A stretch of DNA of 14,927 bases from the IMG/VR virus record IMGVR_UViG_2667528045_000001, one strand, 5' to 3'. The stretch's first letter is position 1. The number at the start of each line of letters is the position of its first letter. Made by a program: the position numbers and the translations under genes. Shown one piece after another: positions 1 through 7,145 of the stretch. The notes under the pieces were generated by a model that had not been told where the DNA came from, did no database searches, and saw nothing but the letters and a program-made list of their open reading frames with translations. This DNA comes from a virus. Its lineage: Duplodnaviria; Heunggongvirae; Uroviricota; Caudoviricetes.

Positions 1-119
1 TATAACGAATGGCATCCGCATAGTGCACTGGGTTATCGCTCGCCACGGGAATATCTGCGGCAGCAGGCCAGTAATGGGTTAAGTGATAACAGGTGTCTGG
101 AAATATAGGGGCAAATCCA
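1..119 (+). mobile_element. Right end of IS2 (IS3 family): 3' end of the transposase ORF (frame 1, stop at 106-108, translated ...[33 protein letters not shown]) plus the terminal inverted repeat ending ...ggggcaaatcca at 119; the element runs off the window to the left
   Basis: Near-identical to the remembered IS2 right terminus (ttaagtgataacag.tgtctggaaatataggggcaaatcca) and to the InsD C-terminus; partial element only. Confidence 0.85.
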
Positions 120-274
120 TGTAGTACACGACCTAAACTGCCTTTCTGCCGTCATCACTGACAATTTTTTTGTTATGGACTATTCCTAATATAGTAGGAA
201 AGTTCTTTAAGTGATCGGTAGTAATCATCTATCTTTAATACTTACTCTCAACTATCAAAAGTACAGGATATATT

Positions 275-799
275 ATGAAGTTATGGCCTGTGTTGACTGG
301 CATTGCACTCTCTTTCACTCTGATAGCATGTAAGGCCCCGACACCACCTAAAGGTGTGCAGCCGATTACAAATTTTGACACCAACCGCTACCTCGGAAAA
401 TGGTATGAAATAGCTCGGCTTGAGAACCGATTTGAACGTGGTCTGGAACAGGTCAGCGCCACTTATGGGAAACGGAACGACGGAGGGATTAGTGTACTTA
501 ATCGTGGATATGACCCAACGAAAAACAAATGGAGCGAGAGCGAAGGTAAAGCATACTTTACAGGAGATAATACAACTGCAGCGTTGAAGGTTTCGTTTTT
601 TGGCCCCTTCTATGGTGGCTATAATGTAATCAAACTGGATGATGAGTATAAGTATGCTCTTGTCAGTGGTCCGAACAGAGAATACCTATGGATTCTGGCA
701 CGGACTCCAACTATTCCAGATAATGTAAAAGCAGACTATGTGCGTACTGCTCAAAAATTGGGATTCAATGTCAATGAACTATTATGGGTCAAACAATAA
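275..799 (+). CDS. blc: Outer-membrane lipoprotein of the bacterial lipocalin (Blc) family
   Basis: Signal peptide with lipobox LIAC; lipocalin motifs GKWYEIAR and KVSFFGPFYGGYNVI, clearly similar to but diverged from remembered E. coli Blc; visibly AT-rich. Confidence 0.85.
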   Translation: MKLWPVLTGIALSFTLIACKAPTPPKGVQPITNFDTNRYLGKWYEIARLENRFERGLEQVSATYGKRNDGGISVLNRGYDPTKNKWSESEGKAYFTGDNTTAALKVSFFGPFYGGYNVIKLDDEYKYALVSGPNREYLWILARTPTIPDNVKADYVRTAQKLGFNVNELLWVKQ

Positions 800-827
800 A
801 ATACCTAACCGGATTGATACTTATTAG

Positions 828-855
828 AAAAAAAACCAGCCTTTGGGGAGGCTGG
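828..855 (-). terminator. Rho-independent terminator downstream of Q (candidate tR')
   Basis: Stem ccagcct (836-842) / aggctgg (849-855) with loop ttgggg; the A8 run at 828-835 on plus gives a U-run after the stem on the minus-strand transcript. Confidence 0.6.
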
Positions 856-955
856 CTAAATCAGGGAACAAGCTGTTATATGATCATAACTACGTTGCGA
901 TTCTAACATTTGAAACATTAGTCTAATGATAACCAGACAGCAACTTTTCCTTTAA

Positions 956-1348
956 TTATCTCAAACAATCAGCATCCATCTCCAATCTGAGATCCAACAC
1001 CATCAGCATGCCCTCCACTACGCCCTCAGCTTTTTGGAGCATCCTGCCAATCCAACAATCAGATCTACCATGCTTACGCGCAAGCGCCATAAAAGTCATG
1101 CCGCCGACATAATAGTCCACTAACAAATCATGCAAATCGCTGTTGTTATTTTTCAGACGGGCCATGCACCCGCAAATGATCATCGCGTCATCGTCACAAC
1201 ATTGCGGGCGAGATTTTACTTTTGAAGGAATTAATCCCTTAAAACCGGCGGCAATGGACGACCAGGTCACATCTTCATGATTATTAGCCGCCCACGCTCC
1301 CCAACGCTCAAGAACCATCTGAATATCACGCATCAACTTACTCCACAA
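956..1348 (-). CDS. Q: Late-gene antiterminator Q (phage 21/82 QuuD type)
   Basis: Translation [33 protein letters not shown]...[17 protein letters not shown] matches the remembered Q/QuuD family; position at the end of the nin region. Confidence 0.85.
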   Translation of the reverse strand: MWSKLMRDIQMVLERWGAWAANNHEDVTWSSIAAGFKGLIPSKVKSRPQCCDDDAMIICGCMARLKNNNSDLHDLLVDYYVGGMTFMALARKHGRSDCWIGRMLQKAEGVVEGMLMVLDLRLEMDADCLR

Positions 1349-1555
1349 AAATCAGACCAGAACGCCAATTACAAGCAAAAATCAGCAAAACAGTATTAGT
1401 TGATTGTTATCTCTGACTTCATACTCCTGCTCCTGTCAGTGTTTTGGCGTAATTCTTCAGTATTCGGTAATCGGTCAAAACAGAACCGGGGAAACGATAT
1501 AAGCGCAGACGCACCCAGCGGTGGCGAAGACGTTCTGCCATATAAAACTCAAACA

Positions 1556-1918
1556 TCATTCATTCCCCATTTCGGTGATGGTCAATTCCAGCCTCCCACC
1601 TTTGGTAACAGGCATCTTCACAACGCGGTAATCAACGACCTGAGCATCATCCAGCCAGAAACCTGCTTTGGTGAGTGCGTCAAAAGCGGCTTTTTGCAGA
1701 TTATCCAGGTCACGGCGACGGCGATCCGGCATGTGGCACTCAATGCGGATTTTCACAGGCATCGCCAGGCCGATATCCAGCATTGCGTTTTTAATGATTC
1801 GGGCGACGTTATCGCGGTATGCCTGCCCCTCTGCGCTGACGTGCGTGCGCCCGCGATTATGGCGATAATAGCGATTATTGCTCGGAGGCCAGGGTAGTGT
1901 GATGTGGTAAGTATTCAC
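1556..1918 (-). CDS. rusA: Holliday-junction resolvase RusA
   Basis: 120-aa translation essentially identical to remembered E. coli RusA (...[31 protein letters not shown]...). Confidence 0.9.
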   Translation of the reverse strand: MNTYHITLPWPPSNNRYYRHNRGRTHVSAEGQAYRDNVARIIKNAMLDIGLAMPVKIRIECHMPDRRRRDLDNLQKAAFDALTKAGFWLDDAQVVDYRVVKMPVTKGGRLELTITEMGNE

Positions 1919-1937
1919 GCCTTAATTACCCCCTCTT

Positions 1938-2132
1938 TCAGCCAGATAACCTGCGTTCTCGCCATACCTTCCCGCGCGCATTCTTTTGCATATGCAGCAT
2001 CGACTTGCTTGGCATGCCCTTTACCGGCAATCTTCTGTATGCGCTAAACCTAGATAGAATCCACTCTGTGCACATTGAAGCCCGCTCTATGCTTCCTTTC
2101 AGGTATTGAAGGGATTGAGATGGGCTAAGCAT
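1938..2132 (-). CDS. Small basic hypothetical protein in the nin region
   Basis: 64-aa ORF co-oriented with flanking nin genes, 8-nt overlap with the upstream gene end; no recognisable motif. Confidence 0.3.
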   Translation of the reverse strand: MLSPSQSLQYLKGSIERASMCTEWILSRFSAYRRLPVKGMPSKSMLHMQKNARGKVWRERRLSG

Positions 2133-2472
2133 TATTGGCCTCCTGCATCAGGAGAAAGACAATAATGGCGGCGCGGAGAGGTCTGGTATCAAATATTGGG
2201 CTTACGCCTTTTGCATCCACACACCATTCAGTTAACTGGTCTAAGATAGAAATCCTGTATTTCTCAATAATCGGCCATGAAGCGCTCGGATCATTGCAGT
2301 AGTCAGGCAAATGATTTAATGGCTCAAAAGTTGTATCAGCATTTCCGTAATACCATTTGTTGGTGTTATTCCCTGATGTTTCCGGTTTACTTGCCCAAAG
2401 GCCTTTAAAAATTATGTCTCCTACCATTCTGTTAATTTCAAAATCACTTAACTGTGAATAATCCATTGTCAT
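2125..2472 (-). CDS. Nin-region protein of unknown function (start taken at MTMDYSQ)
   Basis: ATG at 2472 overlaps the stop of the upstream ninE-like gene (ATGA); GAGGA-like RBS upstream; co-oriented operon member. Confidence 0.55.
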   Translation of the reverse strand: MTMDYSQLSDFEINRMVGDIIFKGLWASKPETSGNNTNKWYYGNADTTFEPLNHLPDYCNDPSASWPIIEKYRISILDQLTEWCVDAKGVSPIFDTRPLRAAIIVFLLMQEANNA

Positions 2473-2645
2473 TTCCTCGCACGATATCTTAGCCACCGGA
2501 TATCCCACAGGTGAGCTGTGTAATTGAAGGTTTTTACGTCAGATTCTTTTGGGATTGGCTTGCGTTTATTTCTGGAGCGTTTCGTTGGAAGGTATTTGCA
2601 GTTTTCGCAGATGATGTCGGTGAAACTTCGTCGCTGTCGCCTCAT
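2469..2645 (-). CDS. ninE: NinE-like small basic protein
   Basis: 58-aa translation [30 protein letters not shown]... resembles remembered lambda NinE; ATGA start/stop overlap with the methyltransferase stop at 2642-2645. Confidence 0.55.
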   Translation of the reverse strand: MRRQRRSFTDIICENCKYLPTKRSRNKRKPIPKESDVKTFNYTAHLWDIRWLRYRARK

Positions 2646-3169
2646 GCCGCCCTCCTGACGCCCTGCCCGATCGCCATCAATGCCGCTTTGGATACGGTAG
2701 TAAACATCCGTCGAGGACTGATGAACGGTCGCCAAATCAGCAGCATGGAGCCTTTGCTGTTTCCCTTCTTCTCCAGCCCTGTCGATGGTTCGATAAAATT
2801 AATCCGTCCATCAGTGATAATGCGAACTTCGTCGACACTCTCCAGAGCCTTGCTGAACCATCCGACTGACATATCCTCTGGCACAAGCATAACTACCGTC
2901 TGTCGCTGTTGTATGCACTGCTCAGCGGCTTTTTCCACCCACGGCCTGATATTGCTGTACGGTGGGTTATTCCAGATTGCACCGTGGCTTACCCACTCAG
3001 AATTGAGCGCGTCGTCGGCCTCAGTTAGCCAGTGAGCACACAGAGCATTTTTGTCGCTCGCTGCCGAATCCAGCCAGAATCCAAACTCAATATCCAGTGC
3101 ATCAAAAAGCCAAAGCGGCGTTTGCCAGCAGTCCTTGTCGTGTGCTGGCGTATTTGATTTGATAGTCAT
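2642..3169 (-). CDS. Phage DNA N6-adenine methyltransferase (Dam-like orphan MTase)
   Basis: NPPY catalytic motif ([10 protein letters not shown]) and overall resemblance to phage N6-adenine MTases; start placed at [10 protein letters not shown] (ATG 3169) where it overlaps the ninB stop as ATGA. Confidence 0.8.
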   Translation of the reverse strand: MTIKSNTPAHDKDCWQTPLWLFDALDIEFGFWLDSAASDKNALCAHWLTEADDALNSEWVSHGAIWNNPPYSNIRPWVEKAAEQCIQQRQTVVMLVPEDMSVGWFSKALESVDEVRIITDGRINFIEPSTGLEKKGNSKGSMLLIWRPFISPRRMFTTVSKAALMAIGQGVRRAA

Positions 3170-3606
3170 GCAGCCCGATCTCCCCATCTCGCTTTCCACT
3201 CCAGAGCCAGTCTCGCTTCGTCTGACCACTTAACGCCACGCTCTGTACCGAATGCCTGTATAAGCTCTAATAGCTCCGCAAATTCGCCTACACGCATCCT
3301 GCTGGTTGACTGGCCTATTACCACAAAGCCATTCCCGGCAAGGTTAGGAACAACATCCTGCTGCTTTAATGCTGCGGTAAACACACACTTCCAGCTTTCT
3401 GCATCCAGCCAGCGACCATGCCATTCAACCTGACGAGAGACGTCACCTAAGCAGGCCCATAGCTTCCTGTTTTGGTCTAAGCTGCGGTTGCGTTCCTGAA
3501 TGGTTACTACGATTGGTTTGGTTGGGTCTGGAAGGATTTGCTGTACTGCGTGAATAGCGTTTTGCTGATGTGCTGGAGATCGAATTTCAAAGGTTAGTTT
3601 TTTCAT
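3166..3606 (-). CDS. ninB: Recombination protein NinB (Orf family)
   Basis: Translation from MKKLTFEIRSPAHQQNAIHAVQQILPDPTKPIVVTIQERNRSLDQNRKLWACLGD matches remembered lambda NinB; strong GGGGGAGAGGGA RBS before ATG 3606. Confidence 0.9.
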   Translation of the reverse strand: MKKLTFEIRSPAHQQNAIHAVQQILPDPTKPIVVTIQERNRSLDQNRKLWACLGDVSRQVEWHGRWLDAESWKCVFTAALKQQDVVPNLAGNGFVVIGQSTSRMRVGEFAELLELIQAFGTERGVKWSDEARLALEWKARWGDRAA

Positions 3607-3625
3607 GACTTCCCTCTCCCCCAAA

Positions 3626-3654
3626 TAAAAAGGCCTGCGATTACCAGCAGGCCT
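3626..3654 (-). terminator. Rho-independent terminator between ren and ninB (lambda tR2 position)
   Basis: 8-bp stem aggcctgc (3631-3638) / gcaggcct (3647-3654); A-run 3626-3630 on plus gives a U-run on the minus transcript. Confidence 0.7.
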
Positions 3655-3679
3655 GTTATTAGCTCAGTAATGTAGATGG

Positions 3680-3970
3680 TCATCTTTTAACTCCATATAC
3701 CGCCAATACCCGTTTCATCGCGGCACTCTGGCGACACTCCTTAAAAATCAGGTTCGTGCTCATCTTTCCTTCCCGTTCTTCCCTGGTAGCAAACCGGTAA
3801 TACACCGTTCGCCAGACCTTACCTTCGATAACCAGAAGACCTGCCCGTGCCATTTTAGCCGCGGCCTGATTTATGCTGGTTACTGTTGCGCCTGTTAGCG
3901 CGGCAACGTCCGGCGCACAGAAGCTATTATGCGTCCCCAGGTAATGAATAATTGCCTCTTTGCCCGTCAT
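3680..3970 (-). CDS. ren: Ren protein
   Basis: 96-aa translation matches remembered lambda Ren (MTGKEAIIHYLGTHNSFCAPDVAALTG...). Confidence 0.9.
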   Translation of the reverse strand: MTGKEAIIHYLGTHNSFCAPDVAALTGATVTSINQAAAKMARAGLLVIEGKVWRTVYYRFATREEREGKMSTNLIFKECRQSAAMKRVLAVYGVKR

Positions 3971-4668
3971 ACACTTGCTCCTTTCAGTCCGAACTTAGCT
4001 TTGATTTCTGCGATCTTCGCCAGAGCCTGTGCACGATTTAGAGGTCTACCGCCCATGACAGGAAGTTGTTTTACTGGTTCAGGGATCGCCTCACCACGGT
4101 TAATTCTCGCAGTCATATGGACAAGCTCATCTGCGGCCTTACGGCGTAATTCCGCATCAGTAAGCGCATTGGCCCGCATGTTCTGATACAGGTTGGTAAC
4201 CAGCCAGTAGTGCGCATTTGATTTCCACGGATAAGACTCCGCATCCGGATACAGGCCTCGCTTCCGGCAATACTCGTAAACCATATCAACCAGCTCGCTG
4301 ACGTTTGGCAGTCCGGCGATAACGGATGCTTCTTCCCGGCACCATGCAACAAACTGCCCGGGTGATGGCAGAAATGGTCGATTCTGCCGACGGGCTACGC
4401 GCATTCCTGCGTTAACCTGTTCCATTGTGGTGATCCCGTTTTCCCGGAAAGCCAGAACCCACTGGCGGCGGATTTCGTTCAGTTCGTTCTGGTCACGGTT
4501 AGCCAGGCTCGCCGGGAAAGTTGCCAGTAACTGGCTGAACACACCGTTGATGATCTGCGCTACCTGCTGTACCTGTGGCTTTTCGTCGTACTGTTCCGGC
4601 ATGTTGTTGGCGATCCGACGCATCTGCTCACGGTCAAAGTTAACCATCTGTGCGGCGATGTTTTTCAT
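3967..4668 (-). CDS. P: Replication protein P (DnaB helicase loader)
   Basis: 233-aa translation matches remembered lambda P; 4-nt overlap with O and with ren. Confidence 0.95.
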   Translation of the reverse strand: MKNIAAQMVNFDREQMRRIANNMPEQYDEKPQVQQVAQIINGVFSQLLATFPASLANRDQNELNEIRRQWVLAFRENGITTMEQVNAGMRVARRQNRPFLPSPGQFVAWCREEASVIAGLPNVSELVDMVYEYCRKRGLYPDAESYPWKSNAHYWLVTNLYQNMRANALTDAELRRKAADELVHMTARINRGEAIPEPVKQLPVMGGRPLNRAQALAKIAEIKAKFGLKGASV

Positions 4669-5564
4669 AGATCCACCCCGTAAATCCAGTCAGTGTTTGT
4701 CAGGTCGAGTTTTGGTTTTCCGGCTGTCACGCCAGCCTGTTGCTTGTTACGGTTGATTTCGAGCTGGGTCCACTTGTCGCGGAGTTTGGCCGGACTCAGC
4801 ACGTTACCGGACCAGAAGTTGTCCTGGCAGGCCCAGCGGAAAAGCACACACATATCGCGGTGGTTACGTCCGTCACGTTCACGCATCAGGCGGATATCGT
4901 TAGCCCACCCAGCAAAATTCGGTTTTCTGGCTGATGGCGCGATGGTCTTCACCATGTCAAACATCCACTCTGCGGCGGTCAGGTCTTCTGCTGTTCCCCA
5001 CTTACTGCCGCTCTGAATTGCAGCATCCGGTTTAACCACAGAAAGATCGTTTTCTGGCTGGTCAGAGGATTCGCCAGAATTCTCGGACGAATAATCTTTT
5101 CTTTTTTCTTTTGTAATAGTGTCTTTTGTGTCCCCCTGTTTTGAGGGATAGCAATCCCCCAATTTGAGGGATGTTTTATCCCTCGTTTTAGGGGATTTTC
5201 CCTCGTTTTGAGGGATGCACCATTCTGAGATGTTTTTGTTTGGTCCAAACATGCCGCCTTGCTGCTTGATAATATTCATTCTGACGAGTTCTAACTTGGC
5301 TTCATTGCACCGTTTGACAGGTAACTTTGTAATCTCGCTAAGTTGAGAATCGGTGATTCTGTCCATTGGTTTATTCCACCCATAGGTTTTACGCAGAATG
5401 GCAAGCAGCACTTTAAACTGTCGCTTGGTCAGATCTGCGCCCGAATAAGCCTCAAGCAGCATATTTGATAGTCTGGCGTAACCATCATCGAGATCTGCCA
5501 CATTACGCTCCTGTCCGGCAAAGTTACCTCTGCCGAAGTTGAGTATTTTTGCTGTATTTGTCAT
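4665..5564 (-). CDS. O: Replication initiator protein O
   Basis: 299-aa translation matches remembered lambda O, including the acidic/serine-rich linker; the gene contains the ori iterons. Confidence 0.95.
   Translation of the reverse strand: MTNTAKILNFGRGNFAGQERNVADLDDGYARLSNMLLEAYSGADLTKRQFKVLLAILRKTYGWNKPMDRITDSQLSEITKLPVKRCNEAKLELVRMNIIKQQGGMFGPNKNISEWCIPQNEGKSPKTRDKTSLKLGDCYPSKQGDTKDTITKEKRKDYSSENSGESSDQPENDLSVVKPDAAIQSGSKWGTAEDLTAAEWMFDMVKTIAPSARKPNFAGWANDIRLMRERDGRNHRDMCVLFRWACQDNFWSGNVLSPAKLRDKWTQLEINRNKQQAGVTAGKPKLDLTNTDWIYGVDL
5085..5216 (-). repeat. ori-lambda: four ~19-bp iterons (5131-5149, 5154-5172, 5178-5196, 5198-5216) with the adjacent AT-rich unwinding region (about 5085-5130)
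   Basis: Directly visible tandem units of form tccc(c/t)c..ttt.gagggat inside O, flanked by cttttttcttttgtaatagtgtcttttg. Confidence 0.85.
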
Positions 5565-5574
5565 AATGACTCCT

Positions 5575-5654
5575 GTTGATAGATCCAGTAATGACCTCAG
5601 AACTCCATCTGGATTTGTTCAGAACGCTCGGTCTTGCACACCGGGCGTTTTTTA
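5575..5654 (+). ncRNA. oop: OOP antisense RNA with its intrinsic terminator
   Basis: Starts GTTGATAGATCCAGTAATGACCTCAGAACTCC... as remembered for lambda oop; ends in a GC stem followed by ttttttatt; antisense to the cII 3' end; candidate pO -35 ttgagt (5539-5544) and -10 cataat (5562-5567). Confidence 0.8.
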
Positions 5655-5896
5655 TTGGTGATTTCATCAAGCGCATACTTAAAAGCTCTGCTAATCGGAC
5701 TGATGTCTGATGCCATGCCAAAAGCACACAAGACCGAAGCTATAAACCTCCAGTCTGTTCTGCTTATCTTCGATTCATGACAGCCAATCATCTTTGCCAG
5801 ACCGCGCTGAGTAAGCGTTGACAGGTTGATAAGTAAATCTGTTTCTGCGCGATCAACGTCGCGCTGTGATAGTTTGCTGTAATTTGTTTGTTCCAT
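5597..5896 (-). CDS. cII: CII-type transcriptional activator
   Basis: C-terminus ...TNKKRPVCKTERSEQIQMEF resembles lambda CII; HTH-containing N-terminus of a different allele; correct position between cro and O. Confidence 0.8.
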   Translation of the reverse strand: MEQTNYSKLSQRDVDRAETDLLINLSTLTQRGLAKMIGCHESKISRTDWRFIASVLCAFGMASDISPISRAFKYALDEITNKKRPVCKTERSEQIQMEF

Positions 5897-5960
5897 TTCT
5901 TACTATTTCCATAGGTAAATAATCACTAATACGCATCTTTCGATGAGTTCTTAATTAGTT

Positions 5961-5995
5961 ACCGCGTTGTCGGCGGTGCAGATTGATAAAGAGCG
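5961..5995 (-). promoter_or_regulatory. nutR: boxA (5987-5995, CGCTCTTTA on the minus strand) and boxB hairpin (5961-5977, ACCGCCGACAACGCGGT on the minus strand)
   Basis: Motifs read directly from the sequence; boxA precedes boxB on the rightward transcript between cro and cII; boxB matches the remembered P22 nutR boxB. Confidence 0.7.
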
Positions 5996-6002
5996 GTGTT
6001 AC

Positions 6003-6230
6003 TTATGCTGCCAGAAGGTTCTTTTTGCTTATTTCAAGCATTTCGCTTGCTTGATATTTGCCACCAGAAATCTCTTCGATTTTTGATGCGTATTTCGTTT
6101 TCCCAAAAAACTCAGTCTTAGGGAGGAAGCCGTTTTTGAGCCACTTATAGACAGCCCTTTCGCTAACTCCACAAGCCTTCGCAACTTCAGGGATGCCGAC
6201 ACCTTTAATCGGCTCATCAAGATTTTGCAT
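6003..6230 (-). CDS. cro: Cro-like repressor (start at MQNLDEPIKG, ATG 6230)
   Basis: Small HTH protein (GIPEVAKACGVSERAVYKWLKNG) divergent from cI; AAGGA RBS before 6230; the longer start at 6263 would lie upstream of the PR transcription start. Confidence 0.75.
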   Translation of the reverse strand: MQNLDEPIKGVGIPEVAKACGVSERAVYKWLKNGFLPKTEFFGKTKYASKIEEISGGKYQASEMLEISKKNLLAA

Positions 6231-6308
6231 AGGAATGTCCTTTTTCGTACTTTCAGTACGCATTATGGTTGAACTGAAAGTTTTTGCAAGTGCTTTAGTA
6301 TCGTACTC
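6231..6308. promoter_or_regulatory. OR/PR/PRM switch region: PR on the minus strand (-35 TTGCAA at 6284-6289, -10 CATAAT at 6262-6267) and palindromic operators at about 6246-6260 (cgtactttcagtacg), 6272-6282 (aactgaaagtt) and 6297-6307 (agtatcgtact)
   Basis: Divergent cI/cro arrangement with three dyad-symmetric sites read directly; the cI ATG lies 7-8 nt after a TAGTAT-like -10, suggesting leaderless PRM mRNA as in lambda. Confidence 0.65.
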
Positions 6309-7016
6309 ATGGTTCAGAATGAAAAAGTGCGCAAAGAATTCGCCCAGCGGCTAGCGCAAGCCTGTAAAGAAGCTGGTCTTGATGAACATGGTAGGGGAAT
6401 GGCCATAGCCCGTGCCCTTTCTCTTTCGTCCAAAGGCGTTAGCAAATGGTTTAATGCTGAGTCTTTACCACGCCAGGAAAAAATGAATGCGCTTGCGAAA
6501 TTTCTAAACGTTGATGTTGTTTGGCTTCAGCACGGCACTTCGTTAAATGGAGCGAATGATGAAGATACTTTTTCAATTGTTGGCAAATTAAAAAAAGGGT
6601 TAGTGCGCGTGGTTGGTGAGGCAATTCTTGGTGTTGATGGTGCCATCGAGATGACCGAAGAGCGCGATGGGTGGCTCAAGATTTATAGCGATGATCCAGA
6701 TGCCTTTGGTCTTCGTGTAAAAGGAGACAGCATGTGGCCCAGAATAAAATCAGGAGAATATGTACTCATTGAGCCTAACACCAAAGTATTCCCAGGTGAT
6801 GAGGTGTTTGTCAGAACCATTGAAGGGCACAACATGATCAAGGTTCTTGGCTATGACAGAGACGGAGAATACCAATTTACAAGCATCAACCAAGACCACA
6901 GGCCAATAACGTTGCCTTATCATCAAGTAGCAAAGGTGGAGTATGTAGCTGGTATTCTGAAGCAATCTCGCCACCTAGATGACATCGAGGCCAGGGAATG
7001 GCTGAAAAGTTCATGA
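6309..7016 (+). CDS. cI: CI prophage repressor (N-terminal HTH, C-terminal LexA/S24-like autocleavage domain)
   Basis: HTH near the N-terminus; C-terminal GDSMWPRI serine motif and lysine typical of S24 peptidases; divergently arranged with cro. Confidence 0.9.
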   Translation: MVQNEKVRKEFAQRLAQACKEAGLDEHGRGMAIARALSLSSKGVSKWFNAESLPRQEKMNALAKFLNVDVVWLQHGTSLNGANDEDTFSIVGKLKKGLVRVVGEAILGVDGAIEMTEERDGWLKIYSDDPDAFGLRVKGDSMWPRIKSGEYVLIEPNTKVFPGDEVFVRTIEGHNMIKVLGYDRDGEYQFTSINQDHRPITLPYHQVAKVEYVAGILKQSRHLDDIEAREWLKSS

Positions 7017-7145
7017 CTTCATCATCACATAGCTAGTAACCAGTACGTTTGGATGGTGGTGAGAAACACACTGCAAGCAAACAGAAACATGGATATTAAA
7101 ATATTAGCTTAACACAGCAAATCGAAAGAAACAGCGAGGGCTCGG

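Noticed and set aside
1400-1897. 165-aa plus-strand ORF (and the nested 66-aa ORF at 1668-1868)
   Set aside because: Antisense to the well-supported rusA gene and extends into the rusA-Q intergenic region; no RBS or motif; probably a spurious shadow ORF.
2511-3035. 174-aa plus-strand ORF
   Set aside because: Entirely antisense to the NPPY methyltransferase and ninE-like genes, which form a coupled operon on the minus strand.
4427-5016. Plus-strand ORFs of 64-109 aa (4427-4756, 4693-5016, 4740-4934)
   Set aside because: Antisense to P and O; no supporting signals.
5131-5216. Four tandem ~19-bp repeats that could superficially look like a short CRISPR-like array
   Set aside because: They lie inside the O gene with an adjacent AT-rich tract and match the ori-lambda iteron arrangement; the spacers are only a few bp and there are no cas genes.
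6003-6263. Longer cro start at 6263 (MRTESTKKDIPMQNL...)
   Set aside because: That start would sit within or upstream of the PR -10 and operator; the ATG at 6230 has a proper RBS and lies downstream of the predicted transcription start.
6750-6974. 74-aa minus-strand ORF
   Set aside because: Antisense within the cI coding region.
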